Below are positions 16,577-26,544 of a stretch of 64,000 nt of DNA, piece by piece. Where the stretch lies: contig CANQQT010000001.1 in NCBI GenBank assembly GCA_947626065.1, forward strand, positions 30,183 through 94,182, in the 5' to 3' direction. Each line of letters opens with the position of its first letter. Positions within the stretch are counted from its first letter, which is position 1. The DNA comes from an uncultured Clostridia bacterium (lineage in GTDB: Bacteria; Bacillota; Clostridia; Oscillospirales; CAG-272). A program made the translations under genes and the position numbers. The notes under the pieces are model-generated. The model did not search any database, had not been told where the DNA came from, and was given only the letters and a program-made list of their open reading frames with translations.

Positions 16577-17473
16577 ATGAACGAGGTTCGTTATCGCCGC
16601 AAAAAAAGGTACAGTACTCTTTTCGTCGTTTCCGTTTCTGTTCTGATTTCGGTTTTTCTGGTCTTCATGACCTTTTTGATCATCTATCTTTCGGGAATCC
16701 GCTATCTGAAGCGGGAATTTCCCGACGACAGCTATATCAAATTCTTCGGAAAGGTGGACAAGCTCGGAACGCCGATTTCCGGGAATCTCTACTATTCCGA
16801 CGGGACGACGGCGAAGATCGATCTCCGTACCTCGACGGTCACTTATTCCAACGGCAACGTATACGAAGGGCCGCTCGTCAATCTCCAGAGAAACGGCAAC
16901 GGGAAGATTACCTACGAAAACGGGGACGTGTACGTAGGAGATTTTGTCAACGATAAGCTGACGGGGGAAGGCTCCTATACCTTCGCAAACGGAGACACCT
17001 ACACGGGGCAGTTTCTGAACGGGAGAAAAAACGGCTACGGCATCTATACAAGGGCCTCCGACAATTCCACTTATGAGGGGAATTTCCAGAACGACGCCAA
17101 ATACGGACAGGGCGTTTACCGTTGGGCGGACGGCTCCTCCTACTCCGGGACCTATATCAACGACGTAAAGAGCGGAACCGGGACCTTCACGTGGGCAAAC
17201 GGCGACGTTTACGTCGGAACCTTCATCAACGATACCCGCACCGGCACCGGCACCTACACGTGGAAGGAATCGGGAGATTCCTATACAGGGGAATTTCAGA
17301 ACAACATGATGAACGGCTGGGGCACCTACACGTGGGCGTCGGGAAGGATTTACGAGGGCCTTTTCCGCAACGGCGTCATTGTCCGGGTCGACAATTCCGG
17401 CACTACAGACGACAGCAGTACCAATAGCGGTACTACCGAAAGTGGTACCACCGGCACAAACGGGAATACTTGA
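16577..17473 (+). CDS. MORN-repeat protein with an N-terminal TM anchor
   Basis: About 9 repeats of the YxGxxxxGxxxGxG pattern (e.g. YENGDVYVGDFVNDKLTGEGSYTF). A good RBS (GAAAGGAG) is present. Confidence 0.8.
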   Translation: MNEVRYRRKKRYSTLFVVSVSVLISVFLVFMTFLIIYLSGIRYLKREFPDDSYIKFFGKVDKLGTPISGNLYYSDGTTAKIDLRTSTVTYSNGNVYEGPLVNLQRNGNGKITYENGDVYVGDFVNDKLTGEGSYTFANGDTYTGQFLNGRKNGYGIYTRASDNSTYEGNFQNDAKYGQGVYRWADGSSYSGTYINDVKSGTGTFTWANGDVYVGTFINDTRTGTGTYTWKESGDSYTGEFQNNMMNGWGTYTWASGRIYEGLFRNGVIVRVDNSGTTDDSSTNSGTTESGTTGTNGNT

Positions 17474-17681
17474 CGGAACCTTCTTTTCCCGCAAAAGCAG
17501 GAAAGCGTCGCCCGACAGCGCTATGCGGCACGGGGAATACGCCTCCTCCGCAAAAGGCCGGAAAATGCCGGTCATTCTCTCAAAAGGAAATTTTTCCCCG
17601 GAACATTTCCCGGGAGCGTTTCCCGGAAGAAGTGAGATACTGATACTTCTAGATCCTTCTCTTCTCTGCTTAACAATCAAA

Positions 17682-17729
17682 GAAAAAACAGGTTGCACAA
17701 GCGCTATGCTCCGTGCGGCCTGTTTTTTG
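17682..17729. terminator. Bidirectional terminator between convergent genes
   Basis: CAGGTTGCAC (17689-17698) pairs with GTGCGGCCTG (17713-17722). An A-run precedes it and a T-run follows. Confidence 0.65.
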
Positions 17730-17761
17730 TCCTTTTGGAAAAACCGTTGTCTGACGGAAAA

Positions 17762-18670
17762 TCAGTTCTCCCCGAAGCGTCTTCCCTGCCACGTCTGCCT
17801 CTTCTCAAATTCTTTGTCAATGCCGTTCAGAACGCTGAATTTTTTCAGCGTCCAAAGCGGGGCGACCAGCGCCTCGGCAGAGCCGTCCCCCGTCACCCGC
17901 CCGACGACGGTATCGGGGTGAAAAAATTCCAGCTGTGACACCACGATTTCGCAGTATTCTTCAAGGGAGAGAAGGGGAAAGGGCTTTTCCTCGTACTGTC
18001 TTGTCAGCTCACAGCCCTTTTCAAGATAAAGCATATGCAACTTGATCTCATGCGGTCGGAGGGAAGCGACCGTTTGAGCGGAGGTCAGCATCCTCTCCCT
18101 GCTCTCCCCGGGCAGTCCGTTGATGAGATGAATACAGACGTTCAGCCCTTTCAAAGCCTCATATCCCCGCAAAAAGTCCTCAAAGCTGTGCCCCCGGTGA
18201 ATCAACCTTGCCGTATCCTCGTGAACCGTCTGGAGGCCTAGCTCCACCGTGAGATAGGTCTTTTCAGAAAATTCAAAGAGTAACTCCACCACCTCGGGGG
18301 GCAGACAGTCGGCCCGCGTCGCAATCGACAGTCCCACCGTCCCCGGCACCGCAAGCGCCTGAGAATAAAGCTCCCGCAGAAGCTCAACAGGGGCATAGGT
18401 GTTGGAAAAAACCTGAAAATAGGGGATATATTTTTCCTCTCTTCCCTCCCGGACCCATTTTTTCCGCAGAATCCTTTTCGCCTCCTCCGCCTGCACGGCA
18501 ATCGGGAGTCCCCGATAGCGAAGGGGCTGCTTGGAGCAATAGGTACAGCCTCCGAAGCCACAGCGCCCGTCGATGTTCGGACAGGTAAACCCGGCGTCAA
18601 GAGGGAGCTTCATGACTTTGGTACCGAAACGTGTCTTAAGATATTCATCATAAGTGAGATACTTTTTCAT
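17762..18670 (-). CDS. TIGR01212-family radical SAM protein (YhcC-like)
   Basis: N-terminus LPLDAGFTCPNIDGRCGFGGCTYCS; about 300 aa, typical of the family. Confidence 0.85.
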   Translation of the reverse strand: MKKYLTYDEYLKTRFGTKVMKLPLDAGFTCPNIDGRCGFGGCTYCSKQPLRYRGLPIAVQAEEAKRILRKKWVREGREEKYIPYFQVFSNTYAPVELLRELYSQALAVPGTVGLSIATRADCLPPEVVELLFEFSEKTYLTVELGLQTVHEDTARLIHRGHSFEDFLRGYEALKGLNVCIHLINGLPGESRERMLTSAQTVASLRPHEIKLHMLYLEKGCELTRQYEEKPFPLLSLEEYCEIVVSQLEFFHPDTVVGRVTGDGSAEALVAPLWTLKKFSVLNGIDKEFEKRQTWQGRRFGEN

Positions 18671-18864
18671 GTTCTTCTCTCAGAATCCTTTAAACCCGCG
18701 TTTGCACACGTGTGCCCATAAATAGTCATAGGTAAGATTTTTCATATTTTTCTCGCAAGAGCCTTTTTTAATCGCGTTTTCACGGTTTTCCGTTATTCAC
18801 AGGCAAGAGCTTTTCTGCCCCTCCGTTTGCGCGTTTATCCCTTCCCAAAAGCGCCCATAAGAAA

Positions 18865-18918
18865 GGGGAACAGAAAGCGCTTCCCCGGCGGCCAGCCGAA
18901 AAAGCCCTTCCTGTTCCC
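18865..18918 (-). terminator. Probable terminator downstream of gyrA
   Basis: On the minus strand, GGGAACAGGAAG... pairs with ...CTTTCTGTTCCC, followed by CTTTCTT. Confidence 0.45.
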
Positions 18919-18926
18919 AAAGAAAT

Positions 18927-21440
18927 TTATTCGTTCTCTTCCGCAGAGTCGCCTGCGTCCTCCACAAGAGAAGGCTCTTCGGCCTCCTCTCCGGTTTCCT
19001 CTTCTTCCTCCTCGGAAACCACGGCCAAACCGGCGACGTGGGCTTCCCCGGCGCGCATGACAATGACGCCAGACGCCGAACGGCTATAAAGAGGAATCTC
19101 GCTGACGCGGGTCCGAATCACGACGCCCTCGTCGGTCGTCAAGAGAATATCGTCGGTCTCAGACACCGCGGCAATCGCCGCGACCCGCCCGGTCTTTTCG
19201 TTGACAAGGTGGCAACGCATCCCTTTGCCTCCGCGATTGTGGGCGGCAAATTCCTCAAAGTCGGTCCTCTTTCCGAAACCGTTTTCGGTCACGGTGAGGA
19301 GCTTCTTTTCGGGATCCACAAGGGTAATTCCGGCGACAAAATCTCCCTTTTCGGGCCGGATGCCGATCACGCCGCGGGAATTTCTCCCCGTCGGGGTAAC
19401 CGTTTTCAGCGGGAAGCGAACCGCGTTTCCTTTTTCGGTGGCGATGAGAAGCTCATCCCCGTCGGAGGCCTTCAGAACGTAGGACAGCTCGTCTCCCTCG
19501 TCAAGCGTAATGGCGCGCTTTCCGCCCTTTCTCTGATAGGCAAATTCCGAAATGGCGGTTCTCTTGACAATGCCGTTTCTCGTAATCATCGTCAGCGTTC
19601 CGTCGGAGTCAAAGTCGTCAAGGGAGACAAGCGCCGTGATTTTCTCTCCATCCTCAAGCTCGATAACGTTGACGGCCGCCGTTCCCTTGGCAGTCCGGGA
19701 GCTTTCGGGAATCAGATACGCCTTCTTCACGTGAATCTTTCCACGGTTGGTGAACATGAGGAGGAAGGAATGGGAATGGACGGCGACGACCTGATCGACG
19801 ATGTCTTCCTCCTTGGTCGTCATGCCGATGACGCCCTTTCCACCTCTTCTCTGCGCGGAATAGACGTTTGAAGGAAGCCTCTTGATGTACCCGCTCTTGG
19901 TGAGGGTAATCACGCAGGTGTGGCGCTCAATCAAATCCTCGTAGACGATTTCGTTTGCGGAGGCGACGATTTCGGTTCGGCGGGGGTTATCGTATTTGCG
20001 CTTGATTTCCGACAGATCGTTTCTTATGATATCGCGGATCCGCGACTCGTTTCTCAAAATGTCCTCAAGGTCCTCAATCAAGGCGTAGAGCTTGGCCAGC
20101 TCGTCCTCCACCTTCTGCCTCTCAAGGCCGGTGAGCTTTCCGAGAGTCATCTCGACGATGGCCTGCGCCTGATCCTCCGAGAGGGAGAAGCGGGTGCAAA
20201 GCGTCTGCTTCGCGGCGGGAATCGACTCGGCGGTTTTCATGATTTCGACGATTTCGTCGATGTTGTCGATCGCGATCTTGTAGCCCTCCAAAATATGGGC
20301 TCTTGCCTTCGCTTTGGATAAGTCGAAAACCGTCCGGTTGCGGATAACGCTCTCCTGATGCTCGATGTAATAGTCGAGAACCTGCGGCAGGGAGAGAATC
20401 TTCGGCTCCCCGCCGACAATGGCAAGCATATTGATGGAGCAGGTATCCTCCAGCTGAGAATATTTGTAAAGCTGATTCAGAAGAACCGTTCCGTTCGCGT
20501 CCCGGCGGTAGTCGAAAACGATGCGGATTCCGTTTTTGTTCGATTCGTCCCGGACGTCGACGATGCCGTCGATCTTTTTCTCCTTGACAAGGTTGGCGAT
20601 GGCCTCAATCAGCATACTCTTGTTCACCATATAGGGAATTTCGGTGACAATAATCTGCCGCTTGTCCTCGTCTATTTCGGCCTTGGCGCGTACCATGACG
20701 CGGCCCTTGCCGGTCGTGTAGGCCTCAAGGATTCCGTTGACGCCGTAAATGGTCCCCCGGGTCGGGAAATCGGGGCCCTTTATATATTCCATCAGCTGAG
20801 GAACCGTGCAGTCGGGATGATCCATCCGGAAAATCGTCGCGTCGCAGACCTCCCCGAGGTTGTGAGGAGGAACGTTGGTGGCCATACCGACGGCGATGCC
20901 CACCGCGCCGTTGACAAGGAAATTCGGGAACCGGGAGGGAAGAACCGACGGCTCGTCCCGGGTGTTGTCGAAGTTCTTGTCCATCTTGACGACGTTCTTT
21001 TCCATATCCCGCATCATCTCGTCGGAGAGCCGCGACAGCCGCGCCTCGGTGTAACGGTAGGCGGCGGGGGGGTCTCCGTCGATGGAGCCGAAGTTTCCCT
21101 TTCCCTCGACAAGAGGATAGCGATAGGAGAAATCCTGCGCCATTCTCACCATCGTTCCGTAGACGGCGGCGTCCCCGTGGGGATGATAGCGGCCCAGCAC
21201 ATCGCCGACGGTCGTCGCCGATTTGCGGAAAGGATTGTCGTGGGTCAGATTGTCCTCATACATGGTATAAAGGATTCTTCTCTGCCCCGGCTTCATCCCG
21301 TCCCGGACGTCCGGCAGCGCGCGGGAAATGATGACGCTCATGGAGTACTGCATGAAGGAATTTTTGACTTCCTTTTCCATTCCTACGTCAACGATTTTCT
21401 GATCCGGAAATTCGTAACTGACTTTTTCTTCTCTGCTCAT
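18927..21440 (-). CDS. gyrA: DNA gyrase subunit A
   Basis: AAMRYTE-type active-site region ([10 protein letters not shown]), the QRRGGKG GyrA box and an acidic tail. The start is placed at ATG 21440 (MSREEK...); the track ORF extends 17 codons further. Confidence 0.95.
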   Translation of the reverse strand: MSREEKVSYEFPDQKIVDVGMEKEVKNSFMQYSMSVIISRALPDVRDGMKPGQRRILYTMYEDNLTHDNPFRKSATTVGDVLGRYHPHGDAAVYGTMVRMAQDFSYRYPLVEGKGNFGSIDGDPPAAYRYTEARLSRLSDEMMRDMEKNVVKMDKNFDNTRDEPSVLPSRFPNFLVNGAVGIAVGMATNVPPHNLGEVCDATIFRMDHPDCTVPQLMEYIKGPDFPTRGTIYGVNGILEAYTTGKGRVMVRAKAEIDEDKRQIIVTEIPYMVNKSMLIEAIANLVKEKKIDGIVDVRDESNKNGIRIVFDYRRDANGTVLLNQLYKYSQLEDTCSINMLAIVGGEPKILSLPQVLDYYIEHQESVIRNRTVFDLSKAKARAHILEGYKIAIDNIDEIVEIMKTAESIPAAKQTLCTRFSLSEDQAQAIVEMTLGKLTGLERQKVEDELAKLYALIEDLEDILRNESRIRDIIRNDLSEIKRKYDNPRRTEIVASANEIVYEDLIERHTCVITLTKSGYIKRLPSNVYSAQRRGGKGVIGMTTKEEDIVDQVVAVHSHSFLLMFTNRGKIHVKKAYLIPESSRTAKGTAAVNVIELEDGEKITALVSLDDFDSDGTLTMITRNGIVKRTAISEFAYQRKGGKRAITLDEGDELSYVLKASDGDELLIATEKGNAVRFPLKTVTPTGRNSRGVIGIRPEKGDFVAGITLVDPEKKLLTVTENGFGKRTDFEEFAAHNRGGKGMRCHLVNEKTGRVAAIAAVSETDDILLTTDEGVVIRTRVSEIPLYSRSASGVIVMRAGEAHVAGLAVVSEEEEEETGEEAEEPSLVEDAGDSAEENE

Positions 21441-21507
21441 TCCTGTCCCTTTCTTTTTGGCGGCAAACGCCAAGCGTTTTCCTTCCGCCAAAGCTTATGC
21501 GTACCGT

Positions 21508-21830
21508 TTTTCCACAGGTTTTTCCCCATGGTTTTCCACAGACTTTTCCCTGTGGAAAATTTCTTTGATCTCTTTTTTGTTTTCCCTTTTAAGCGGGAAA
21601 AATCGATTTTTCCACAAAAGACTGTGGATAACTTTCGGCTTTTTGTGGAAAAGCTTCCTTCGCTTTTCCGTTTGTCTTCCCTTTTCCCCTAACTTTTCCA
21701 CAAGGCGCGTTCCTTGCCTTTCGGCTCCATGCCTGTCCTTTTTGAGGGGAAGAGTAGGGTTTTCCACAGAATTTTTCACTCTGTGGAAAGAGGATTTTTC
21801 AACGAAAATCAGATATCCAGATTTTCCACA
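21508..21830. promoter_or_regulatory. Cluster of 10 DnaA boxes in the gyrB-gyrA spacer (the last lies inside the gyrB 3' end)
   Basis: Six TTTTCCACA boxes, three TGTGGAAAA/G boxes, and one perfect TGTGGATAA at 21623-21631. Full coordinates are given in the findings. Confidence 0.75.
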
Positions 21831-23758
21831 TAGCGGGCGTTCTGCGCGATAAATTCCCGACGTGGCTCCACGTCGTCCCCCATCAGGAGGGAGAACATTT
21901 CGTCGCAGGCCATCGCGTCCTCCACCGTGACACGCAGAAGCGTCCGGCGGTCGGGATCCATCGTCGTCTCCCAAAGCTGTTCGGGATTCATTTCGCCAAG
22001 ACCTTTGTAGCGGTCGACGCGGATCTTATCGCTTCCTCCGAATTTCTCGATGCAGACGTCCCTTTCCTCGTCGGTAAAGGCGTAGAGCTCCTCCCCTTTT
22101 CCCGATTTCCGGTTGATCTTATAAAGCGGCGGCTGGGCAAGATAAACGTGCCCGTCCTCGATCAGCTTTCTCATATGGCGGAAGAAGAAGGTGAGAATCA
22201 GAATTCGGATATGGGAGCCGTCGACGTCGGCATCCGCCATGATGATGATTTTCCCGTAGCGGAGCTTTTCGATGTCAAATTCCGTTCCGATGCCGCACCC
22301 GAGAGCCTGAATGATGGGAATCAGCGACAGGTTGGAATAGACCTTGTCGGCCCTTGTCTTTTCGACGTTCAGAACCTTTCCACGAAGGGGAAGAATCGCC
22401 TGAAATTTGGAGTTTCTCCCCATTTTGGCGGAGCCTCCCGCGGAATCTCCCTCGACAAGGAAGAGCTCCGTCACGTCGACGTTCTTTTCCTGACAGTCGG
22501 CGAGCTTTCCGGGAAGGGCGGAGCCTCCGCCGAGAACGCTCTTTCTCGTCTGCTCCCGGGCCTTTCGGGCGGCCTCCCGCGCACGGGAAGCGGTGATGGC
22601 CTTTTCAAGAATGACCTTGGTCACCGCGGGATGCTCTTCAAAATATTCTCCCAGCTTTTCGCTGACAAGATTGTCGACAAAGACGCGGATGTCGGAATTT
22701 CCGAGCTTTCCCTTCGTCTGTCCCTCAAACTGCGCGTCGCGAAGCTTGACGCTGATCACAGCCGTCAGCCCCTCGCGGGTGTCCTCTCCCGAGAGGTTTT
22801 TGTCGTCCTTCTTCAAAATTCCCTTTTGCCTTGCATAGTCGTTGATGACCTTGGTAAGAGCGGTTTTGAAGCCGGTTTCATGGGTTCCCCCCTCGGGGGT
22901 AATGATGTTGTTGGCGAAGGACATGATCGTTTCGTCGTATTTGTCTGTATACTGAAAAGCGATTTCCGCCGTCGTGAATTCCTTCTGCGCCTTCATATAG
23001 ATGACTTCGTCGTTTAAAAAGCCGCAGTGCTTCAGCTTGTTCAAATGCTCGACAAAGCTGACGATTCCCCCTTCGTAGTGAAGAACCGTCTCACGGACGC
23101 TGTTTTCTTCCTCGTCCCCGTCCTTTTCTTCAAGTTTCCTTTCGTCCCGAAGAACGATGCGGACGCCGGGATTCAAAAACGCCTGCTCACGCATCCGATT
23201 TAGAAGTATCGAATAATCGAAGGTCGTCTCCTCAAAAATTTCCTTGTCGGGCAGAAAACGGACGTAAAGTCCCCGTTTGTCGGTCTTTCCCACGTAGGTA
23301 AAGCGTTCGTCGGGCTTGCCGCGCTTAAAGCTTCCTTTATAGGTCTCCCCGTTGTAGGTGTCCTCGTAAATCAGCCACTCCGAAAGGGCGTTGACAACGG
23401 AGGCGCCGACTCCGTGAAGGCCTCCGGAAATGTTGTATCCGCTCCCGCCGAATTTTCCTCCCGCGTGAAGAATCGTAAAGACGACCTCGGGCGTCGGAAT
23501 CTTCATTTTGTGGTGAATGGCGGTCGGAATGCCGCGCCCGTTGTCCTGAACGGAAACGCTCCCATCCTCGTGAAGCGTGATGACGATGTTGTCACACTCC
23601 CCAGCCAGCGCCTCGTCGATGGAGTTGTCGACGATTTCGTAAATCAGATGATGCAGTCCGTGGGAGCTGACGTCTCCGATGTACATTCCGGGACGTTTTC
23701 TTACCGCTTCCAGCCCCTCCAACACCTGTATTTGATTTTCGTCGTAAATCTGCGTCAT
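21809..23758 (-). CDS. gyrB: DNA gyrase subunit B
   Basis: GHKL ATPase N-terminus (LEAVRKRPGMYIG), Toprim motifs (EGDSAGG, PLRGK) and DADVDGSHI. Confidence 0.97.
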   Translation of the reverse strand: MTQIYDENQIQVLEGLEAVRKRPGMYIGDVSSHGLHHLIYEIVDNSIDEALAGECDNIVITLHEDGSVSVQDNGRGIPTAIHHKMKIPTPEVVFTILHAGGKFGGSGYNISGGLHGVGASVVNALSEWLIYEDTYNGETYKGSFKRGKPDERFTYVGKTDKRGLYVRFLPDKEIFEETTFDYSILLNRMREQAFLNPGVRIVLRDERKLEEKDGDEEENSVRETVLHYEGGIVSFVEHLNKLKHCGFLNDEVIYMKAQKEFTTAEIAFQYTDKYDETIMSFANNIITPEGGTHETGFKTALTKVINDYARQKGILKKDDKNLSGEDTREGLTAVISVKLRDAQFEGQTKGKLGNSDIRVFVDNLVSEKLGEYFEEHPAVTKVILEKAITASRAREAARKAREQTRKSVLGGGSALPGKLADCQEKNVDVTELFLVEGDSAGGSAKMGRNSKFQAILPLRGKVLNVEKTRADKVYSNLSLIPIIQALGCGIGTEFDIEKLRYGKIIIMADADVDGSHIRILILTFFFRHMRKLIEDGHVYLAQPPLYKINRKSGKGEELYAFTDEERDVCIEKFGGSDKIRVDRYKGLGEMNPEQLWETTMDPDRRTLLRVTVEDAMACDEMFSLLMGDDVEPRREFIAQNARYVENLDI

Positions 23759-23791
23759 ATTTTTTCCTTTCCTGAAAGTTTATTCTTTGAG

Positions 23792-24028
23792 TTATTCAAT
23801 CCGCCCCGAAAGGGAAGCGGTGGAAATTTGAGAGAAAAACACTTCGTTTTTTTCGGTGAGAATAAAGGATTTCGGAAGCTCCTCCCGCAAAAGGGAAATT
23901 TCCCCCGCCTGGTCGGCCCTCTTTAAAAAGGCCTTGGTATCGGGCGAAATAGTGGCGGTATCCATATCGAAAATTCCGACGATTTCCTTAAGTCGGATGT
24001 TTTTGCTGTTTCCGGCGTGAAGGTACAT
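23792..24028 (-). CDS. remB: DUF370 protein (RemB/YaaB-like)
   Basis: 78 aa, with IVGIFDMD and the canonical position between recF and gyrB. Confidence 0.8.
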   Translation of the reverse strand: MYLHAGNSKNIRLKEIVGIFDMDTATISPDTKAFLKRADQAGEISLLREELPKSFILTEKNEVFFSQISTASLSGRIE

Positions 24029-24036
24029 AAATTTTC

Positions 24037-25116
24037 CTATTCTGCGGCGCTCAGTTTTCCGCCTCTTACAAAATAAAGCTTGGCCTTGGTAGAAATTTTT
24101 TCGCAGGAGGTGATGATGACCTGACGGCCGGAAATTCCGTGAAGGAGATACTCCCGGCGCCCAGAGTCAAGCTCGGAAAGAATATCGTCGAAAAGGAATA
24201 CCGGGTATTCTCCGTCCTTTTCCTTGGATATTTCCCCCTCGGCAAGCTTCATCGCAAGGGCAAGCGAACGCTGCTGTCCCTGAGAGGCAAAGGCTCTCGC
24301 TTCTTTTCCGCAGTGCTCAATTTTGATATCGTCCTTGTGAATCCCGTATAAAGTCGTACCGAATTTCAGCTCCCGCTCGGTATTGGAGGTAAGGAGCTTA
24401 AAATATTCCTCTTCGGTTTTATAAGAGGTATAAGAGAGGGAGGCACTTTCCTTCCCGCCCGTCATATCGGAAAGAAGAGAGGAAACAAGAACATTCAGCT
24501 TTTCCACGTAGACGCTTCTCTTTTCGGAGAGAAGAGCCGCCTCTTTGGCTAGTCGTTCCGACCAGATTTCCGCCTGAGAAAGGAAGATGGAATCGTCGTG
24601 CTTTTCCCTGCTCAGACGGATCAAAGCGTTTCTCTGGGCGAGAAGCCGGCTATAGAGCTGTAAAACCTTTAAATACAGAGGGTCGATCTGAGAAATGGCG
24701 GTATCAAGAAAGCGCCTTCTCACCGCGGGACCGTCCTTGACAAGGGAGAGATGCTCGGGACAGAAGAGGACGGCGCGGAAATTTCCCACAACCTCGGAAA
24801 GCTTCGTCAAAAAGACGCCGTTTTTTTTGCAGATTCGCTTTCCGCTTTCGGGAATCCATTTTAAGGACATCAAGCAGTCGCGCTTTCCGTCAAAATAGGT
24901 CATGGAAATTTCGGAAAAGGGCGCGCCGAAGCGCACAAGCTCGCTTTCGTGAAGGGTACGAAAGCTTCTTCCCCCGGCAAAGACAAAGATGCCTTCCAAA
25001 GTATTGGTCTTTCCCTGCCCGTTTTCGCCGTTCAGAACGGTGACTCCTTCGGAGGGGATCAGCTCCGCTTCCTCAAGATTTCGAAAATTTCGATAGACAA
25101 CCTTCCGGCAGATCAT
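24037..25116 (-). CDS. recF: DNA replication and repair protein RecF
   Basis: Walker A GENGQGKTN, signature SQGQQRS, Walker B LFDDILSELD. Confidence 0.95.
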   Translation of the reverse strand: MICRKVVYRNFRNLEEAELIPSEGVTVLNGENGQGKTNTLEGIFVFAGGRSFRTLHESELVRFGAPFSEISMTYFDGKRDCLMSLKWIPESGKRICKKNGVFLTKLSEVVGNFRAVLFCPEHLSLVKDGPAVRRRFLDTAISQIDPLYLKVLQLYSRLLAQRNALIRLSREKHDDSIFLSQAEIWSERLAKEAALLSEKRSVYVEKLNVLVSSLLSDMTGGKESASLSYTSYKTEEEYFKLLTSNTERELKFGTTLYGIHKDDIKIEHCGKEARAFASQGQQRSLALAMKLAEGEISKEKDGEYPVFLFDDILSELDSGRREYLLHGISGRQVIITSCEKISTKAKLYFVRGGKLSAAE

Positions 25117-25120
25117 GGAT

Positions 25121-26272
25121 TCAATGGTTGGAAAGAATGCGAACCGGAAGAATCAGAAGAAGAAAGCTTCTACCCTCTTCCTTCTCGCTCGGTTCAATCG
25201 TCATGCCCATTAAGGAAGAGGTAAGGGAAAGCTTGATCTTTTCGCAGTCACAGACGCGGACGGCCTCGCAAAGGGCGCGGCAGTCAAAGCCGATTTCAAT
25301 CGGCTCCCCTTCTTGAAGAACGGAAAATTCGTCGTTGAAGCGTCCGGTGATGGAGGAGCAGGAAAGAAAGAGGGTGCCTTCTTCAAATTTGCAGATGACG
25401 GGGCTTTTGATCTGTCCCTGCTGTTTGTCCTCGGTGACAAGAAGAGCCCTTTCAAGAGCCGTCAGAAAGTCTCTTGTGTCCATGGTGACAAAAATCTTCG
25501 ACGATTTGGGAAGAAAGCGTTCGTAATCGAGAGGCGTGGCCTCAATCAGACGGGTGAAAAGGGTAAATCCTCCTACGTAGAAGACGACGTGCTTTCTCGC
25601 CAGCCGAACCGTCACCTTTTCGTCGCTGTCGTCAATGAATTTCAAAAGCTCGGAAACCGTTTTTCCGGGAACGATGATGTTGAAGAGATTGTCCTCCCGC
25701 TGAGGCTTCATCTCATCGCTCTTTTCTCTGAAAAGAGCCATTCGCTTCCCGTCGCAGGAGACAGCGGTCAGCGTGTTGTCGGCGACAATCAGATTTAAGC
25801 CGTTAAATTCGGGACGGGGACTGTCGGAGGCGATGGTCACAAGGGTTTTCTGAAATACGGTTTTTAAGGCCCCTTGAGAAACGGTAATTTCGTTTTCTCC
25901 CGTCAGGTCGGGAAGATTCGGAAATTCGTTCGCGTTCAAAGCGCCAAGCTCAAAACGGACGGTTCCTCCGGAAATGTGGGCTCGGTAGGTCTTTTCGTCA
26001 ACCTCAATGACAAGCTCTCCCTCCGGCATGGAACGGAGAATTTGAAGAAGACGGAAGGAATTGATGACGGCGGCTCCCTGCTCGATAACCTTGCAGGAGA
26101 AAGAGGACTGAAAGCCCTTTTCAAGGTCAAAGGCCGTCAGGTCACAGGAATTCTCGCTTGTAGCGCTGAAGAGAATTCCTTCTGTTGAGGCAATGGTATT
26201 TTTGTTTGAAGCAAAGCCTGCGGAGGGAAGAGCTGCGGTGAGAAGGTCGTTTTTTTCAACAATGAGTTTCAT
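25121..26272 (-). CDS. dnaN: DNA polymerase III beta sliding clamp
   Basis: 383 aa, with the typical N-terminus (MKLIVEKNDLL) and a position immediately downstream of dnaA. Confidence 0.95.
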   Translation of the reverse strand: MKLIVEKNDLLTAALPSAGFASNKNTIASTEGILFSATSENSCDLTAFDLEKGFQSSFSCKVIEQGAAVINSFRLLQILRSMPEGELVIEVDEKTYRAHISGGTVRFELGALNANEFPNLPDLTGENEITVSQGALKTVFQKTLVTIASDSPRPEFNGLNLIVADNTLTAVSCDGKRMALFREKSDEMKPQREDNLFNIIVPGKTVSELLKFIDDSDEKVTVRLARKHVVFYVGGFTLFTRLIEATPLDYERFLPKSSKIFVTMDTRDFLTALERALLVTEDKQQGQIKSPVICKFEEGTLFLSCSSITGRFNDEFSVLQEGEPIEIGFDCRALCEAVRVCDCEKIKLSLTSSLMGMTIEPSEKEEGRSFLLLILPVRILSNH

Positions 26273-26284
26273 GTCGGCTCCTTT

Positions 26285-26516
26285 CGGATGAGAAAAAAAT
26301 TTTCGCGGGAAAAAGAGAAAGAGAATAGATATTTATAGTCGTAAGTAGTAGGGCCTGTGGAAAATGGGGAAAGAGGAAAAAAGGGCGCGGTGACGGGACA
26401 AGCCGGGAAAAATTCTCAATTTTTTGCTGTGGACAGGCTGAGGAAAAAGGTTGAGAAAAAGGCTTGAAAAGGAGCTGTTGAAAACCTGTGGAGAAAAGCT
26501 TGAGACTTTTTCCACT
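26285..26516. other. oriC: oriC core in the dnaA-dnaN spacer: AT-rich tract, DnaA-trio-like triplets, GC cluster and 4 DnaA boxes
   Basis: AT-rich tract at about 26285-26342. AAG TAG TAG at 26343-26351 and GGCC at 26352-26355. Boxes TGTGGAAAA 26356-26364, TGTGGACAG 26428-26436, TGTGGAGAA 26487-26495 and TTTTCCACT 26508-26516. Confidence 0.65.
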
Positions 26517-26544
26517 TTTCACTTTTGAAAGGAATAAAGATTTT

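Noticed and set aside
16286-17698. 470-aa minus-strand ORF
   Set aside because: It lies antisense to the MORN-repeat gene, and its periodicity simply mirrors the MORN repeats. The plus-strand gene has the RBS, TM anchor and repeat signature.
20358-21692. 444-aa plus-strand ORF spanning the gyrA 5' region and the gyrB-gyrA spacer
   Set aside because: It is a shadow of gyrA that extends into non-coding DNA and has no protein-like features. The spacer is better explained as a DnaA-box cluster.
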